Assembly (NCBI GenBank): GCA_013152275.1
Contig: JAADGS010000081.1
Span: 1 to 49,871, forward strand
DNA from: Actinomycetota bacterium
GTDB taxonomy: Bacteria; Actinomycetota; Acidimicrobiia; Spongiisociales; UBA4744
Direction of reading: 5' to 3'
DNA: 49,871 nt
The notes under the pieces are model-generated. The model had not been told where the DNA came from. It saw nothing but the letters and a program-made list of their open reading frames with translations, and made no database searches. The translations under genes were made by a program, and so were the position numbers. Shown in pieces: positions 17,862-27,989 of this stretch; the stretch's first letter is position 1; each line of letters begins with the position of its first letter.

Positions 17862-19565
17862 GTGGATACGGTGGTCATCGATGGGGCGCTCGGGGTTCTG
17901 GCGGAGAACAAGCAGCGGTGGGCCCGGCTGCCGGTGCGAGAGAAGATCGGCTATCTCGACACGCTGCGACTTCGGACCAATGACGCGGCGGCGGACTGGG
18001 TGGCGGCCGCGCTGACCGCCAAAGGGCTGAGCCCCACATCACCGCTCGCCGGCGAGGAGTGGATGTCCGGTCCGTATGCGCTTCTCGGATGGTTGAATGC
18101 GGCTCTCACGACCCTGAGGGCCGTGGAGAGGGGCGGAGACCCTCTCGAAGGCCTCAAGGTGTGGGCGAGGCCCGATGGCCAGGTCGTGGTGCGTGTCTAT
18201 CCGACCGATCTGTGGGAACGTCTGCTACTCAACGCGTACGCGGCCGATGTCTGGATGGATCCGTCGGTAACCCTCGACTCTCTGCCCGACACCGTGGCTG
18301 CGTTCTATCGGGAGTCAGATCCGGAAGGTGCAGTGTCGTTGATCCTCGGAGCCGGGAACATCGCATCGATTCCGCCGCTCGACCTCGTCTACAAGCTCTT
18401 CGCGCAGGGTCACGTCGGGATCGTCAAGACCAACCCTGTGAACGAATACCTCGTTCCCATCTTCGAGCGGATCTTTGCGCCGCTCATCGATGAAGGCTTC
18501 ACACGGTTCGTGCGTGGAGGAGCGCCCGAAGGTGCCTATCTGACCGGCCACGAGCTCGTCGACGACATTCATATCACCGGCAGTGCGCGAACCCACGACG
18601 CCATCGTGTTCGGTTCCGGTGCCGAAGGCGCACGACGCAAGGCAGAGCGTCGGCCATTGCTCACCAAACCGGTCACATCCGAGCTGGGTGGTGTCAGCCC
18701 GACGATCGTGGTTCCCGGTCCGTGGACAGAAGCAGATATCGGCTTTCAGGCGGAACATCTCGCATCTCAAAAGCTGCACAACGATGGGTACAACTGCATC
18801 GCCTCTCAGGTGCTGGTGCTGCCGAGCGGGTGGTCTGGAACCGACAAGCTCATCGGCGCGTTGCGGAGCACTCTGGCCCAGGTCGAAGAGAGGCCCGCGT
18901 ACTACCCCGGATCCGACGAGCGTCAGAACGCCGCGATCTCGCATTATCCGGCCGCCGAGCGGCTCGGGGCGGGAGCCGCCAGGACGCTGATCGTCGGAGT
19001 GGATCCAGGCGATGCGGGAGCGTACTGCTTCAACGAGGAGTTCTTTGCTCCCGTCTACGCGACGACGATGCTCCCGGAATCGGATCCGGACGACTTCCTG
19101 AGAGCCGCAGTCGAGTTCTCCAACGAGACGCTGATTGGAACCCTGGGGGCCAACATTCTCATTCATCCGAAAACGGCCAAAGATCTCGGACCCCGGCTGG
19201 AGTCCGCCATCGCGGACCTTCGCTACGGCACCGTCGCCGTCAACACGTGGACGGGAGTCGGATTCCTGATGGGAAGGGCTCCGTGGGGAGCGTACCCGGG
19301 AGCAACGATCGACGATGTGCAGAGCGGCATCGGATTCGTCCACAACGCGCTCCTGTTCGACAAGCCTCAGAAGACCGTGGTCGGTGGCCCGTTCCAGCCA
19401 TTCCCAAGGGCCATCACGCAGGGCCAATTCCACATTGCACCCCGTCCGCCGTGGTTCGTCACGAGCAAGACCGCACACATCGTCGGAGAACGACTCACAC
19501 GCTACGCCGCCGACGGAAAGCTCTGGCGGTTGCCGGGGATCTTCAGCGCTGCACTGAGAGGCTGA
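17862..19565 (+). CDS. Aldehyde dehydrogenase family protein
   Basis: GAGN, HITGS, ELGGVSP, GYNC (catalytic Cys), EEFFAP; GAGGAGG RBS before GTG. Confidence 0.9.
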   Translation: MDTVVIDGALGVLAENKQRWARLPVREKIGYLDTLRLRTNDAAADWVAAALTAKGLSPTSPLAGEEWMSGPYALLGWLNAALTTLRAVERGGDPLEGLKVWARPDGQVVVRVYPTDLWERLLLNAYAADVWMDPSVTLDSLPDTVAAFYRESDPEGAVSLILGAGNIASIPPLDLVYKLFAQGHVGIVKTNPVNEYLVPIFERIFAPLIDEGFTRFVRGGAPEGAYLTGHELVDDIHITGSARTHDAIVFGSGAEGARRKAERRPLLTKPVTSELGGVSPTIVVPGPWTEADIGFQAEHLASQKLHNDGYNCIASQVLVLPSGWSGTDKLIGALRSTLAQVEERPAYYPGSDERQNAAISHYPAAERLGAGAARTLIVGVDPGDAGAYCFNEEFFAPVYATTMLPESDPDDFLRAAVEFSNETLIGTLGANILIHPKTAKDLGPRLESAIADLRYGTVAVNTWTGVGFLMGRAPWGAYPGATIDDVQSGIGFVHNALLFDKPQKTVVGGPFQPFPRAITQGQFHIAPRPPWFVTSKTAHIVGERLTRYAADGKLWRLPGIFSAALRG

Positions 19566-19668
19566 GCCGTCTGCGGATCCAGGAAGGTCCTGAGTCCCCG
19601 ACTCGTACCGAGAGCGAAGCGTGCTCCACTCGTTCAGCGGCGCGCCGGTTCCCATTAGCCTGTCGGTG

Positions 19669-20733
19669 ATGCGTGTTCTCGTCGTCAGCAACGATTATCC
19701 ACCGGCGCCAGGCGGTATCCAACGGTATGTCGGCGACCTGCTGCGGCACGTTCCGTGGGACGTGCACGTAGCCGCACCGTTTCATCCGGAGGCTTGCTCC
19801 GACCCTCGGGTTTCTCGCTACGACCGGGCTCTGACACCGACACGAAGGGCCGCAACGTGGATCGCCGGGCGGGCTCGCGAGCACCGGTGTGACATGGTGT
19901 TGTACGCGGCGCTTCCACTTGCCCTGCTCGGGCCGAGCGTTGCCGAGCAGACCGGGATGCCATACGCGCTGTTTCTGCATGGAGCCGAGATCACCGTCCC
20001 TGCAGCGGTGCCAGGGCTTCGGAGGCGCTATGCGAGCACGCTGGGGGGTGCCGCTGCACGATTCGCGGTGAGTCGCTACACGAAGCGGAGAGTGGAAGAG
20101 CGATTCCACGTACCCGTCGTCTGGGCGGGTGCGGGAGTGGATATCGACGTCTTCTTGCCCGGACCCGTCGAGCACGAAGGCTTTGTGGTCGGATGCGTGG
20201 GGAGATTCGTGCGGCGAAAGGGCCATGCCGACGTCCTGCGAGCAGTCTCCTCGCTGCGAGCGCAAGGACTACCGGCACGATCGATGATGGTCGGCTGGGG
20301 ACCGAGAGAGAAACGGCTACGGCGCATCGCTCGCCGATCTCGGGTCCCGACCGAATTCATGGTCGGAATCTCGCGAGCGGCGCTCGCCGACGCCTATCGG
20401 AGAATGGACGTCTTTGCAATGCCGGCCCGCTCGCGTTGGGCAGGCCTCGAAGTGGAAGGTCTCGGACTCGTCTACCTGGAGGCGGCGGCAAGTGGACTTC
20501 CCGTCATCGCCGGTCGCAGCGGAGGAGCACCCGAGACCGTGGACGATGGGCGAACCGGCTTCGTCGTGGCGGACGAGCCACAGCTGATGTCGGCTCTGCG
20601 AACGCTCCAGGAGGATCCCGATCTTGCAGCTCGCATGGGTTCCGCCGGCCGTGCCAGGGTGGCCGAGCTGTTCACATGGCCCGCAGTGGTGGCCCGCGTC
20701 GATGCACAGCTACCGAAGGCACCGGATGCATGA
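19669..20733 (+). CDS. GT4 glycosyltransferase (PimB'/MgtA-like)
   Basis: NDYPP..GGIQ, HG.E, GR...RKG, EGLGLVYLEA.A.G.PV. Confidence 0.92.
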   Translation: MRVLVVSNDYPPAPGGIQRYVGDLLRHVPWDVHVAAPFHPEACSDPRVSRYDRALTPTRRAATWIAGRAREHRCDMVLYAALPLALLGPSVAEQTGMPYALFLHGAEITVPAAVPGLRRRYASTLGGAAARFAVSRYTKRRVEERFHVPVVWAGAGVDIDVFLPGPVEHEGFVVGCVGRFVRRKGHADVLRAVSSLRAQGLPARSMMVGWGPREKRLRRIARRSRVPTEFMVGISRAALADAYRRMDVFAMPARSRWAGLEVEGLGLVYLEAAASGLPVIAGRSGGAPETVDDGRTGFVVADEPQLMSALRTLQEDPDLAARMGSAGRARVAELFTWPAVVARVDAQLPKAPDA

Positions 20734-21298
20734 GACCTTCGTGCTCGCGTCGGGGTCGCCGCGGCGACACGAGTTGCTCGCGCTGGCCCGTGTCCCGCAC
20801 ATCGTGGATGTACCTGAGATCGATGAGACTGCGTTGCCTGGTGAGTTGCCCGACATCTATGTCGCTCGTCTCGCCCGAGCCAAGGCCGGTGCCGTGGCTG
20901 CTCGCCATCCCGAGTGCTGGACGATCGGCGCGGACACGGTGGTCGTTGTCGACGGCCATATCGTCGGCAAGCCACGTGACATCGTCGAGGCCGAGGAGAT
21001 GCTCGAGACGTTGGCCGGGAGACGACACGAGGTGATCACGGCCGTGGCGCTCGTTCACGGTTCCGAGATCAAGGAGCGATCGAGTACCACCTCCGTGTGG
21101 ATGAGGCCCTTCGATCGGGAAATCGTCCGCTCCTATCTGGCCACCGGCGAGCCGATGGACAAAGCCGGTGCCTACGCAGTCCAGGGCGTCGGAGCCCTTC
21201 TGGTCGATCGTGTCGACGGAGACTTCTTCACGGTCATGGGGCTTCCCCTCGATGCGGTGATCGAGATGCTGAGATCCGTCGGGTTCGGGGCCGTGTGA
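20726..21298 (+). CDS. maf: Maf nucleoside-triphosphate pyrophosphatase
   Basis: LASGSPRR, GADTVV, GKP, EPMDKAGAYAVQG, VMGLP. Confidence 0.95.
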   Translation: MHETFVLASGSPRRHELLALARVPHIVDVPEIDETALPGELPDIYVARLARAKAGAVAARHPECWTIGADTVVVVDGHIVGKPRDIVEAEEMLETLAGRRHEVITAVALVHGSEIKERSSTTSVWMRPFDREIVRSYLATGEPMDKAGAYAVQGVGALLVDRVDGDFFTVMGLPLDAVIEMLRSVGFGAV

Positions 21299-21558
21299 AC
21301 GCATCGAGGCAGGATCGGGCAGACCGCGTCGGGGAGCGCTCGAAGATGACCTCGGGGGTCTTGGGCGGAGGCGGTCCCGATGGGCACACCTCGATGGGCC
21401 TACCGATCGGCTCGTGGTGTTCTCCGGCCCCTTGGATCCGATGACGAGAGCCGTCACGCCGGCTCCGTGGTCCTGCGGCACCGCTGGTCGAGGCACGAGG
21501 TACCTGGAGTCCCGACCGGTGAGGCTCTGGCGGTTCCGAGGGGGTACTATCGGGTCCA

Positions 21559-23238
21559 GTGAGTTTTGACTACGACGTATTGGTGATCGGTTCCGGGTTC
21601 GGCGGCAGCGTGAGCGCTCTTCGGTTGACGGAGAAGGGCTATCGGGTCGGCGTTCTCGAGGCGGGGAGACGCTGGGATGAGACGACCTTGCCGAAATCGA
21701 GTTGGAACCTGCGTCGCTTTGTCTGGTTCCCACGTCTGGGGATGAAGGGAATCCAGCGTATCACGCTCCTCAGGGACGTCATGGCGCTCTCCGGTGCGGG
21801 TGTCGGCGGGGGCTCACTGGTGTGGGCCAATGTCTCCTATGAGCCACACAAGGAGGCTTTCTCCGACCCGCAATGGGACGGGATCACCGACTGGAAGCAG
21901 GAGCTCGCTCCCTTCTACGACCAGGCACGGCGCATGCTCGGCGTGCAGACCAACCCGGTCGAGACGCCTGCAGACCTGGTCATACAGGAGGTCGCCCGGA
22001 GACTCGGCGTCGAAGATACCTACGAGCCGACCCCGGTGGCGGTGTACTTCGGCGAGAGCGGCATTACCGTGCCCGACCCCATCTTCGGCGGTGTTGGCCC
22101 CGATCGAACCGGGTGCATTCTGTGCGGAGGCTGCATGACAGGGTGCCGTCACAACGCAAAGAATCGTCTCGACAAGACGTATCTCTATCTCGCAGAACGA
22201 AACGGGGCGCAGATCCACCCTGAGCATCAGGTCGTCGACGTCGTGCCGCTCGACGCCGGCGGATACCGGGTCGTGACCGAGCGTCCGGGAGCCTGGCTGC
22301 GACGCCGGCGCCGTGCATACACGGCAGAGCAGGTCGTGTTCTCCGCCGGAGCACTGGGAACTGCCCGGCTGCTGCTCAAGCTTCGTGACGAAGGACACCT
22401 CGAACGGCTGTCATCGCGCCTGGGTCGACAGCTGCGTACCAATTCGGAAGCTCTGGTCGGTGCCTCTGCCCGTACGGTCGACGTGGACTATTCGAAAGGC
22501 GTGGCGATCAGTTCGTCGTTCCAACCGGACGCACACACGCACATCGAGCCTGTCCGCTATGAGAAGGGCAGTAACGCCATGGGGCTGCTGTCGGCGATGA
22601 TGGTCGACGGTGGGGGGCGGGTGCCGCGTTGGCTGCGTTTCCTCGGGTCGGCCGTCTTGCACCCGATCCGACTGCTTCGTTCGTTGTCCGTTCGCCACTG
22701 GTCGGAGCGGACGATCATCCTGCTCGTCATGCAGAGCTTCGACAACAGCCTGCGGCTACGTCGTGGGCGATTCGGCCGTCTCACGACCGATCAGGAGAGC
22801 GGAAAACCGAACCCGACGTTCATTCCGGTGGCGAACGAGGCGGCCCGGATCGCGGCCGACGTGATGGGCGGTGATCCAGGCAGCAGCATCAACGAGGTGC
22901 TCTTGGATATCCCGTTGACGGCACACGCGATCGGTGGAGCCTGCATCGGGGCCACTCCGGAGCGTGGCGTCATCGACCCGTACCAGCGGGTGTTCGGCCA
23001 CGATGGGCTGCACATCGTGGACGGCGCTGCGATCACGGCGAATCTGGGTGTCAACCCTTCGCTGACGATTACGGCGATGAGCGAACGAGCGATGTCGTTC
23101 TGGCCGAACCGCGGAGAGGAGGATCCCCGGCCCGCCGTGGGGGATCCCTACGAGCGGTTGGAGCCGGTCGCTCCGCGTGATCCGAGTGTTCCGCACGACG
23201 CACCGGCCGCCCTCTTCTATTCCCAACCGTTCTCGTGA
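21559..23238 (+). CDS. choD: GMC oxidoreductase, cholesterol oxidase-like
   Basis: IGSGFGGSVSALRLTEKGY, GAGVGGGSLV, CMTGCRHNAKN, RTNSE, NLGVNPSLTITA. Confidence 0.9.
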   Translation: MSFDYDVLVIGSGFGGSVSALRLTEKGYRVGVLEAGRRWDETTLPKSSWNLRRFVWFPRLGMKGIQRITLLRDVMALSGAGVGGGSLVWANVSYEPHKEAFSDPQWDGITDWKQELAPFYDQARRMLGVQTNPVETPADLVIQEVARRLGVEDTYEPTPVAVYFGESGITVPDPIFGGVGPDRTGCILCGGCMTGCRHNAKNRLDKTYLYLAERNGAQIHPEHQVVDVVPLDAGGYRVVTERPGAWLRRRRRAYTAEQVVFSAGALGTARLLLKLRDEGHLERLSSRLGRQLRTNSEALVGASARTVDVDYSKGVAISSSFQPDAHTHIEPVRYEKGSNAMGLLSAMMVDGGGRVPRWLRFLGSAVLHPIRLLRSLSVRHWSERTIILLVMQSFDNSLRLRRGRFGRLTTDQESGKPNPTFIPVANEAARIAADVMGGDPGSSINEVLLDIPLTAHAIGGACIGATPERGVIDPYQRVFGHDGLHIVDGAAITANLGVNPSLTITAMSERAMSFWPNRGEEDPRPAVGDPYERLEPVAPRDPSVPHDAPAALFYSQPFS

Positions 23239-23280
23239 CGCTCAAAGGGAATTAACCGCATCAAGCGTCACGAGAACGGT
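23226..23280. repeat. Palindromic repeat family B, copy 1
   Basis: ACCGTTCTCGTGACGCT..AGCGTCACGAGAACGGT, a 17-bp perfect IR between convergent genes. Confidence 0.85.
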
Positions 23281-24899
23281 CAGTCTTCGAGTACGACATC
23301 CGAGTAGCGGGCCCGCACGCTTCGCTTGTCGAACTTTCCGGTCCCCGTCTTCGGCAGTTCCTCCACGAAATCGATCCTGTCCGGGACCCACCACTTCGCG
23401 ACCTTGGTGTGCAGAAACTCGGTGAGTTCTTTCGCATCGACCTCGGCTCCCGGACGTTTGACGACGACAGCGAGTGGCCGCTCTTGCCAGCGGACATGAC
23501 GCACACCGACGACGGCGGCTTCAGAGACCGCCGGATGCGCCATGAGGGCACGTTCCAGATCGAGTGACGAGATCCATTCCCCGCCCGACTTGATCACATC
23601 CTTGGCGCGATCGGTGATACGAATGTATCCCTCGGGCTCGATCTTGCACACGTCGCCCGTCCGAAGCCATCCGTCCTCGAATGACTCCTCACTCCTCGGA
23701 TCGCGAATGTACTCGGCGGCGATCCACGGTCCTCGGATGAGAAGCTCGCCGAATGCCTTGCCATCGTGGGGGAGTGATGTCCCCTCGTCGTCGACGATCT
23801 TGGCCTGCAATCCGGGAACGAGCATCCCGGCGGTCTCCAGAAAGTCGAGCTGGCGTTCGAAGTCCCAATCTTCCATCCCCGGCTTGAGCTGTGACACCGA
23901 GGCGATCGGATTGGTCTCGGTCATTCCCCAACCTTGCACGATGGTGATTCCCCTGGCCTCGTGAAACCACTTGATCATTGCCCTGGGAACGGCAGAGCCG
24001 CCGACGATGAATGCTCGGATGCTCGAGGTGTCGGCCTCCGGGTGTTCCATCAGGTATTGCTGGATGCCGACCCAGACCGTGGGGACACCGGCGGAGAAGG
24101 TGACCTTCTCGTTTTCGAAGAGCGACACGATGCCTTTGGGCGAGAGATCGGGCCCGGGGTAGGTGATCTTGGAGCCGCACATGACCGCCTGGTACGGGTA
24201 CCCCCATGCCGCCGCATGGAACATCGGGACGACCGGAAGGATGTTGTCATCGGCTCCGACGGGATAGTTGGCGACGTTGGAGATCGTATGCAGGTAGGTG
24301 GACCGCTGCGTGTAGGCGACACCTTTCGGATTCCCCGTCGTGCCCGACGAGTAGCAGTACATCATGGGGGAGCGCTCATCGAGAATCGGCCACATACCCC
24401 ACGGCTCTGCGTCCGCGATCAGGTCTTCATACGCGATCGCGTTCGGAAGGGATGTGTCGCCGACGGAATCGCCCATGATGATGTAGTGCTCGATCTTGTC
24501 GAGGTGCTCGGCGAAACGCTCGACGAGAGGCACGAGGTTCGGGTCGACGAAGATCACCCTGTCGCCACCGTGACCGACGATGAACGCGAGCTGTTCCGGG
24601 AACAGGCGAATGTTGAGCGTATGCGCCACCCGACCGGTATTGGCGGTTGCCCAATAGAGCTCATGGTGACGCTGATTGTTCCAGGCGAACGTTCCCGCGA
24701 CATCCCCGACTCCGAGGCCGAGTGTGGTCGCGAGTGCAGTTGCGAGCTTGCGGATCCTCAGATCCGTTTCCGCGTACGTGTGTCGCCGAATCGAGAGGTC
24801 GGCTTCTACGGAGACGATCTGCTGGTCCGGGAACAGCGCTACGGAATGGTCGTAGAGCGTTGAAAGAAGGAGCGGAAAATCGTCCATCATGTGCGGCAT
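23280..24899 (-). CDS. Long-chain fatty acid--CoA ligase (AlkK/DmdB-like)
   Basis: YSSGTTGNPKG, PMFH..AWG, WGMTET, GW.RTGD, DRAKDVIKSGGEWISS, PKTGTGKFDK; several possible starts (24914-24887). Confidence 0.93.
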   Translation of the reverse strand: MPHMMDDFPLLLSTLYDHSVALFPDQQIVSVEADLSIRRHTYAETDLRIRKLATALATTLGLGVGDVAGTFAWNNQRHHELYWATANTGRVAHTLNIRLFPEQLAFIVGHGGDRVIFVDPNLVPLVERFAEHLDKIEHYIIMGDSVGDTSLPNAIAYEDLIADAEPWGMWPILDERSPMMYCYSSGTTGNPKGVAYTQRSTYLHTISNVANYPVGADDNILPVVPMFHAAAWGYPYQAVMCGSKITYPGPDLSPKGIVSLFENEKVTFSAGVPTVWVGIQQYLMEHPEADTSSIRAFIVGGSAVPRAMIKWFHEARGITIVQGWGMTETNPIASVSQLKPGMEDWDFERQLDFLETAGMLVPGLQAKIVDDEGTSLPHDGKAFGELLIRGPWIAAEYIRDPRSEESFEDGWLRTGDVCKIEPEGYIRITDRAKDVIKSGGEWISSLDLERALMAHPAVSEAAVVGVRHVRWQERPLAVVVKRPGAEVDAKELTEFLHTKVAKWWVPDRIDFVEELPKTGTGKFDKRSVRARYSDVVLED

Positions 24900-24989
24900 G
24901 GAGCCCTCCTGCATCGTCGACCTTTCGACGCTAGTACTCCAGCACGTTCTGGGACTCGCGAACCGGGTTCTTTTTGAGAAACCGACCGA

Positions 24990-25790
24990 TCAGTTTCCGA
25001 CTTGCCCCTTGGCGTCCTTGAGAGCCGACTCGATGTCGGTGCGGAGCTGCGGCGGAAGGCTCGGCTCGGTCAGAACCTTTTCGAGCAGGGGGATTGCCGA
25101 CTCGGGGTCTTCGAGCCCGTAGAGATCGACGATACCCAGGAACAAGGTGGCTTCGAGGTTGTCCGGTTCCTTTTGTAGCGCCTCGTCCAGATACTTCACG
25201 GCGGCCTCGTTCTGGCCCGTGACATAGGCGAGCCACCCGACTCGGCCGAGCGTGTGGCTCGCCTCCTCGTCCGTCGGATTCTGATCCAACACCGTGAGAT
25301 AGTGATCGAGGGCGTTCGAGAAGTCGTTGGCTTCGAAGTACCGGTCGGCCAGCGCGATCCGCATCTGGATGACATCGGGGTTGGCCGCCACGGCGGCCTC
25401 CATCTGCTCGATCTCCGAGTTGCCGGAATTGGTCAGGGGCGCTGCGCCGGAAATCGGTGGCGCCGTTTGCGCCGAGGAGATGACGAGCACCAACACCACG
25501 GTGAATGCTGCGACGAGGATCCCCGATCCGATGAGAATGCGTTTGGTGGATCGACCCTGCACCGGCGCTTCGACAGGGGCCTCTTCCTCAACGCTCGGTT
25601 CTGTCGGAAGTTCGTCCAGCTGCGCCTGCGCCTCCGCGAGGTCCTGCTCGTAGCGGGCGCGCAGGTCCTGGGCGGTCGCCTCGTCGATCTCGCCCGCGTC
25701 GACCTGCTCCGCGAGCTCCTGGATGTCTCGGGCGATGAGATCGCGACGTTCGGTCAGACGCGCTCTGATCTCGCCGGAACGGGAAGTCAT
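24990..25790 (-). CDS. CcmI/CycH-like TPR protein of cytochrome c maturation
   Basis: I.EL...VDAGEID....L..RY N-terminal motif, one TM helix, TPRs; ATGA-coupled to ccmH. Confidence 0.75.
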   Translation of the reverse strand: MTSRSGEIRARLTERRDLIARDIQELAEQVDAGEIDEATAQDLRARYEQDLAEAQAQLDELPTEPSVEEEAPVEAPVQGRSTKRILIGSGILVAAFTVVLVLVISSAQTAPPISGAAPLTNSGNSEIEQMEAAVAANPDVIQMRIALADRYFEANDFSNALDHYLTVLDQNPTDEEASHTLGRVGWLAYVTGQNEAAVKYLDEALQKEPDNLEATLFLGIVDLYGLEDPESAIPLLEKVLTEPSLPPQLRTDIESALKDAKGQVGN

Positions 25791-26188
25791 GACGTTCCTC
25801 CCCGGTGGGAACGCATCTTCGACAGGATGAGGGCTACGCCTGCGATGAGCGCGACGCCCGGCAGCAGCCAGACGAGCAGAGTCTTCCCCGAGAAGGGTGG
25901 ATCAACAAGGATCGCCGTATTGTAACGATCCTCGAAGTACTGGATGATCTGATCGTCGGTCCATCCGGCCGCAACCTTCTCGCGAGTGATCGCCATCATC
26001 GTCTGGGCGGTCTCGGAGGGTGACTCGGCGATCGTAACCCCCTGGCAGACGGGACACTTGATGCGCTGACCGAGACTGTTGACACGATCTTCGGGTGTCG
26101 CGTCGCCGGCGATCAGACCTGCAACGACGATCCCTGCGAGCACCAACGTGATGACGCCTGCGATGATCTGTCTTGTGCGGCCGGACAT
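25787..26188 (-). CDS. ccmH: Cytochrome c biogenesis protein CcmH/CycL
   Basis: IKCPVCQG.TIAES, GWTDDQIIQYFEDRY, L..PP....LLVWLLP. Confidence 0.92.
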   Translation of the reverse strand: MSGRTRQIIAGVITLVLAGIVVAGLIAGDATPEDRVNSLGQRIKCPVCQGVTIAESPSETAQTMMAITREKVAAGWTDDQIIQYFEDRYNTAILVDPPFSGKTLLVWLLPGVALIAGVALILSKMRSHRGGTS

Positions 26189-26237
26189 GGACGCTCCACA
26201 CTCGGAGGAAACAGCAAGGATACCAGAGGCTGGGTGA

Positions 26238-27275
26238 ATGGATTCTGGGAGTGGCGGCCAAGGGTCTACGCTGCGCGATGTGGATCGCCCGTTCGACATC
26301 GTTCTGTTGCTGGCCCTTCCTGCGTCCGGCAAGTCCGAGATTCGCCGCTACCTGGCGTCGCTGCCGCCCGAGGTTGCCCGCTCGGATTTCAACCTCGGGC
26401 CCACGATTCAGATCGATGACTACCCGTACGTGCATCTCATGCGGCGGATCTCGCAAGAGCAGGTTCGGCTCGGCTCGACACCCGCGTTCTTTGCCGACGA
26501 TGCCGAGCCGTTTCTCGACGATCGGGATTGGGGGACCCTCACGGTGCTTCTCGACGAGGATTATCACGCGCTCGGGCGAGAGACGCCGGAGCGCATTCAG
26601 GATCCTGCACGATGGCTCCTCGATCGCCTCGATCGTGCCCGGGCAGCGGCAGGGGCGCCTGTCCCTTTCGCCGGTCTCGCCTCGCGAGCAGCGCTCGAGA
26701 CTGCCATCGCGAAGGACGCGGCGGAACTCGTCGAAGGGCTCCCGTCCGGGCCTCTCGAGGGGGGTGAGACGGTCGTCATGGAGTTTGCCCGGGGCGGACC
26801 TCGCGGGTCGGCCCTGCCCCTTCCGCCGCCCTTCGGATATCGTTATGCCCTATCGATGTTGTCGCCGGAGATACTCTCTCGGGCGGTGATTCTCTACGTG
26901 TGGGTCAGTCCGGAGGAGAGCCGGCGCAAGAACCGGGAACGCGCACGTCCGGGTGCCGACGGTTCGATCCTGCACCACGGAGTCCCGGAGGCGGTGATGG
27001 AGGCGGAGTATGGCGTCGATGACATGGCGTGGCTGCTCGAGTCATCGGACGTTCCTGGCACGGTCACGGTGCATGCGCACGGCCGCGTCTTTCACCTTCC
27101 CGCCACGCGGTTCGACAACCGTGTGGACCGAACCTCATTCTTGCGCGCCGACCCGGCGGAATGGCCCTCAAACGAGATTCGGACCGTGCATGAAGAGTTG
27201 CAGCGAGCGTTTCGCTCGTTGCGGGAATCACGCAAGACGGTGGACGAACTCGGCGACGTGAGTGGGGATTGCTAG
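26238..27275 (+). CDS. Hypothetical P-loop protein (kinase-like fold)
   Basis: IVLLLALPASGKS Walker-A variant, VVMEFARG, ILYVWVSPEESRRKN; function unknown. Confidence 0.7.
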   Translation: MDSGSGGQGSTLRDVDRPFDIVLLLALPASGKSEIRRYLASLPPEVARSDFNLGPTIQIDDYPYVHLMRRISQEQVRLGSTPAFFADDAEPFLDDRDWGTLTVLLDEDYHALGRETPERIQDPARWLLDRLDRARAAAGAPVPFAGLASRAALETAIAKDAAELVEGLPSGPLEGGETVVMEFARGGPRGSALPLPPPFGYRYALSMLSPEILSRAVILYVWVSPEESRRKNRERARPGADGSILHHGVPEAVMEAEYGVDDMAWLLESSDVPGTVTVHAHGRVFHLPATRFDNRVDRTSFLRADPAEWPSNEIRTVHEELQRAFRSLRESRKTVDELGDVSGDC

Positions 27276-27854
27276 CCGGGGATTCGAGGATTCAGGAGGA
27301 TCCGCAGTTATCCGGGTCGGGATGACACCCGTCCACACCGGCCATGCTTCCACCGACGTCGGTGGTCCCGAACGGGCTTTCAGAGATGCTTCGTTGAGCG
27401 GAATCGAAACGACCGCGGTCGCGCCCACTTCTTGGTCGGTCATCGGACGCAGATGAGGGAGCCGTCCGGGAATGAGGTGTTCGACGATAGCGTCGAGTGC
27501 AGCTCGCTTCTCCTGCGGATCGGTGACCTTGGTGGCCTTTCCGAACACGACCACCGACCGGTAGTTGAGCGAGTGATGGAACGCAGAGGGTTCGAGCACC
27601 AGACCGTCGAGCAAGGCCACCGAAATGGACACGTCGACACCGGATTGCAGGGCTTTCATCATTCGGCTCGCCGGCGATCCGTGGAGGTACAGCCGGTCGT
27701 CGACACGCGCGTATGTCGAAGGGATCACCACAGGTCCATCGTCGATAAAGCCCACGTGACAGATCATCGCCTCGTCCAGGAGTGCTGTGATGTCGGCGGG
27801 GTCGAAGGTTCCGCGTTCCGGATGACGCTGAAAGGTTGTGCGGTCGGTAGACAT
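27228..27854 (-). CDS. Pyridoxamine 5'-phosphate oxidase-like (NimA-like) flavin-binding protein
   Basis: RHPERG, CHVGF, P.VIP..Y, LY.HGS..SRM, DGLVL..SAFHHS.NYRSVV.FG. Confidence 0.9.
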   Translation of the reverse strand: MSTDRTTFQRHPERGTFDPADITALLDEAMICHVGFIDDGPVVIPSTYARVDDRLYLHGSPASRMMKALQSGVDVSISVALLDGLVLEPSAFHHSLNYRSVVVFGKATKVTDPQEKRAALDAIVEHLIPGRLPHLRPMTDQEVGATAVVSIPLNEASLKARSGPPTSVEAWPVWTGVIPTRITADPPESSNPRLAIPTHVAEFVHRLA

Positions 27855-27893
27855 GCGCCGGAGCTTAGGAGCCCGCCGAGCAATGCATGGCAC

Positions 27894-27958
27894 GCACCTC
27901 GACGACCGTGCATGGCTCGTCGAGGTGCCTGGTACCTCGCACCTCGTACCCGGTACCG
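27894..27958. repeat. 12-bp inverted repeat plus five degenerate 7-mer tandem units downstream of aceE
   Basis: GCACCTCGACGA (27894-27905) and TCGTCGAGGTGC (27917-27928); GGTGCCT GGTACCT CGCACCT CGTACCC GGTACCG (27924-27958). Confidence 0.55.
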
Positions 27959-27989
27959 CTCGCGAAGCGAGCCTACGACAGCGGACCGC

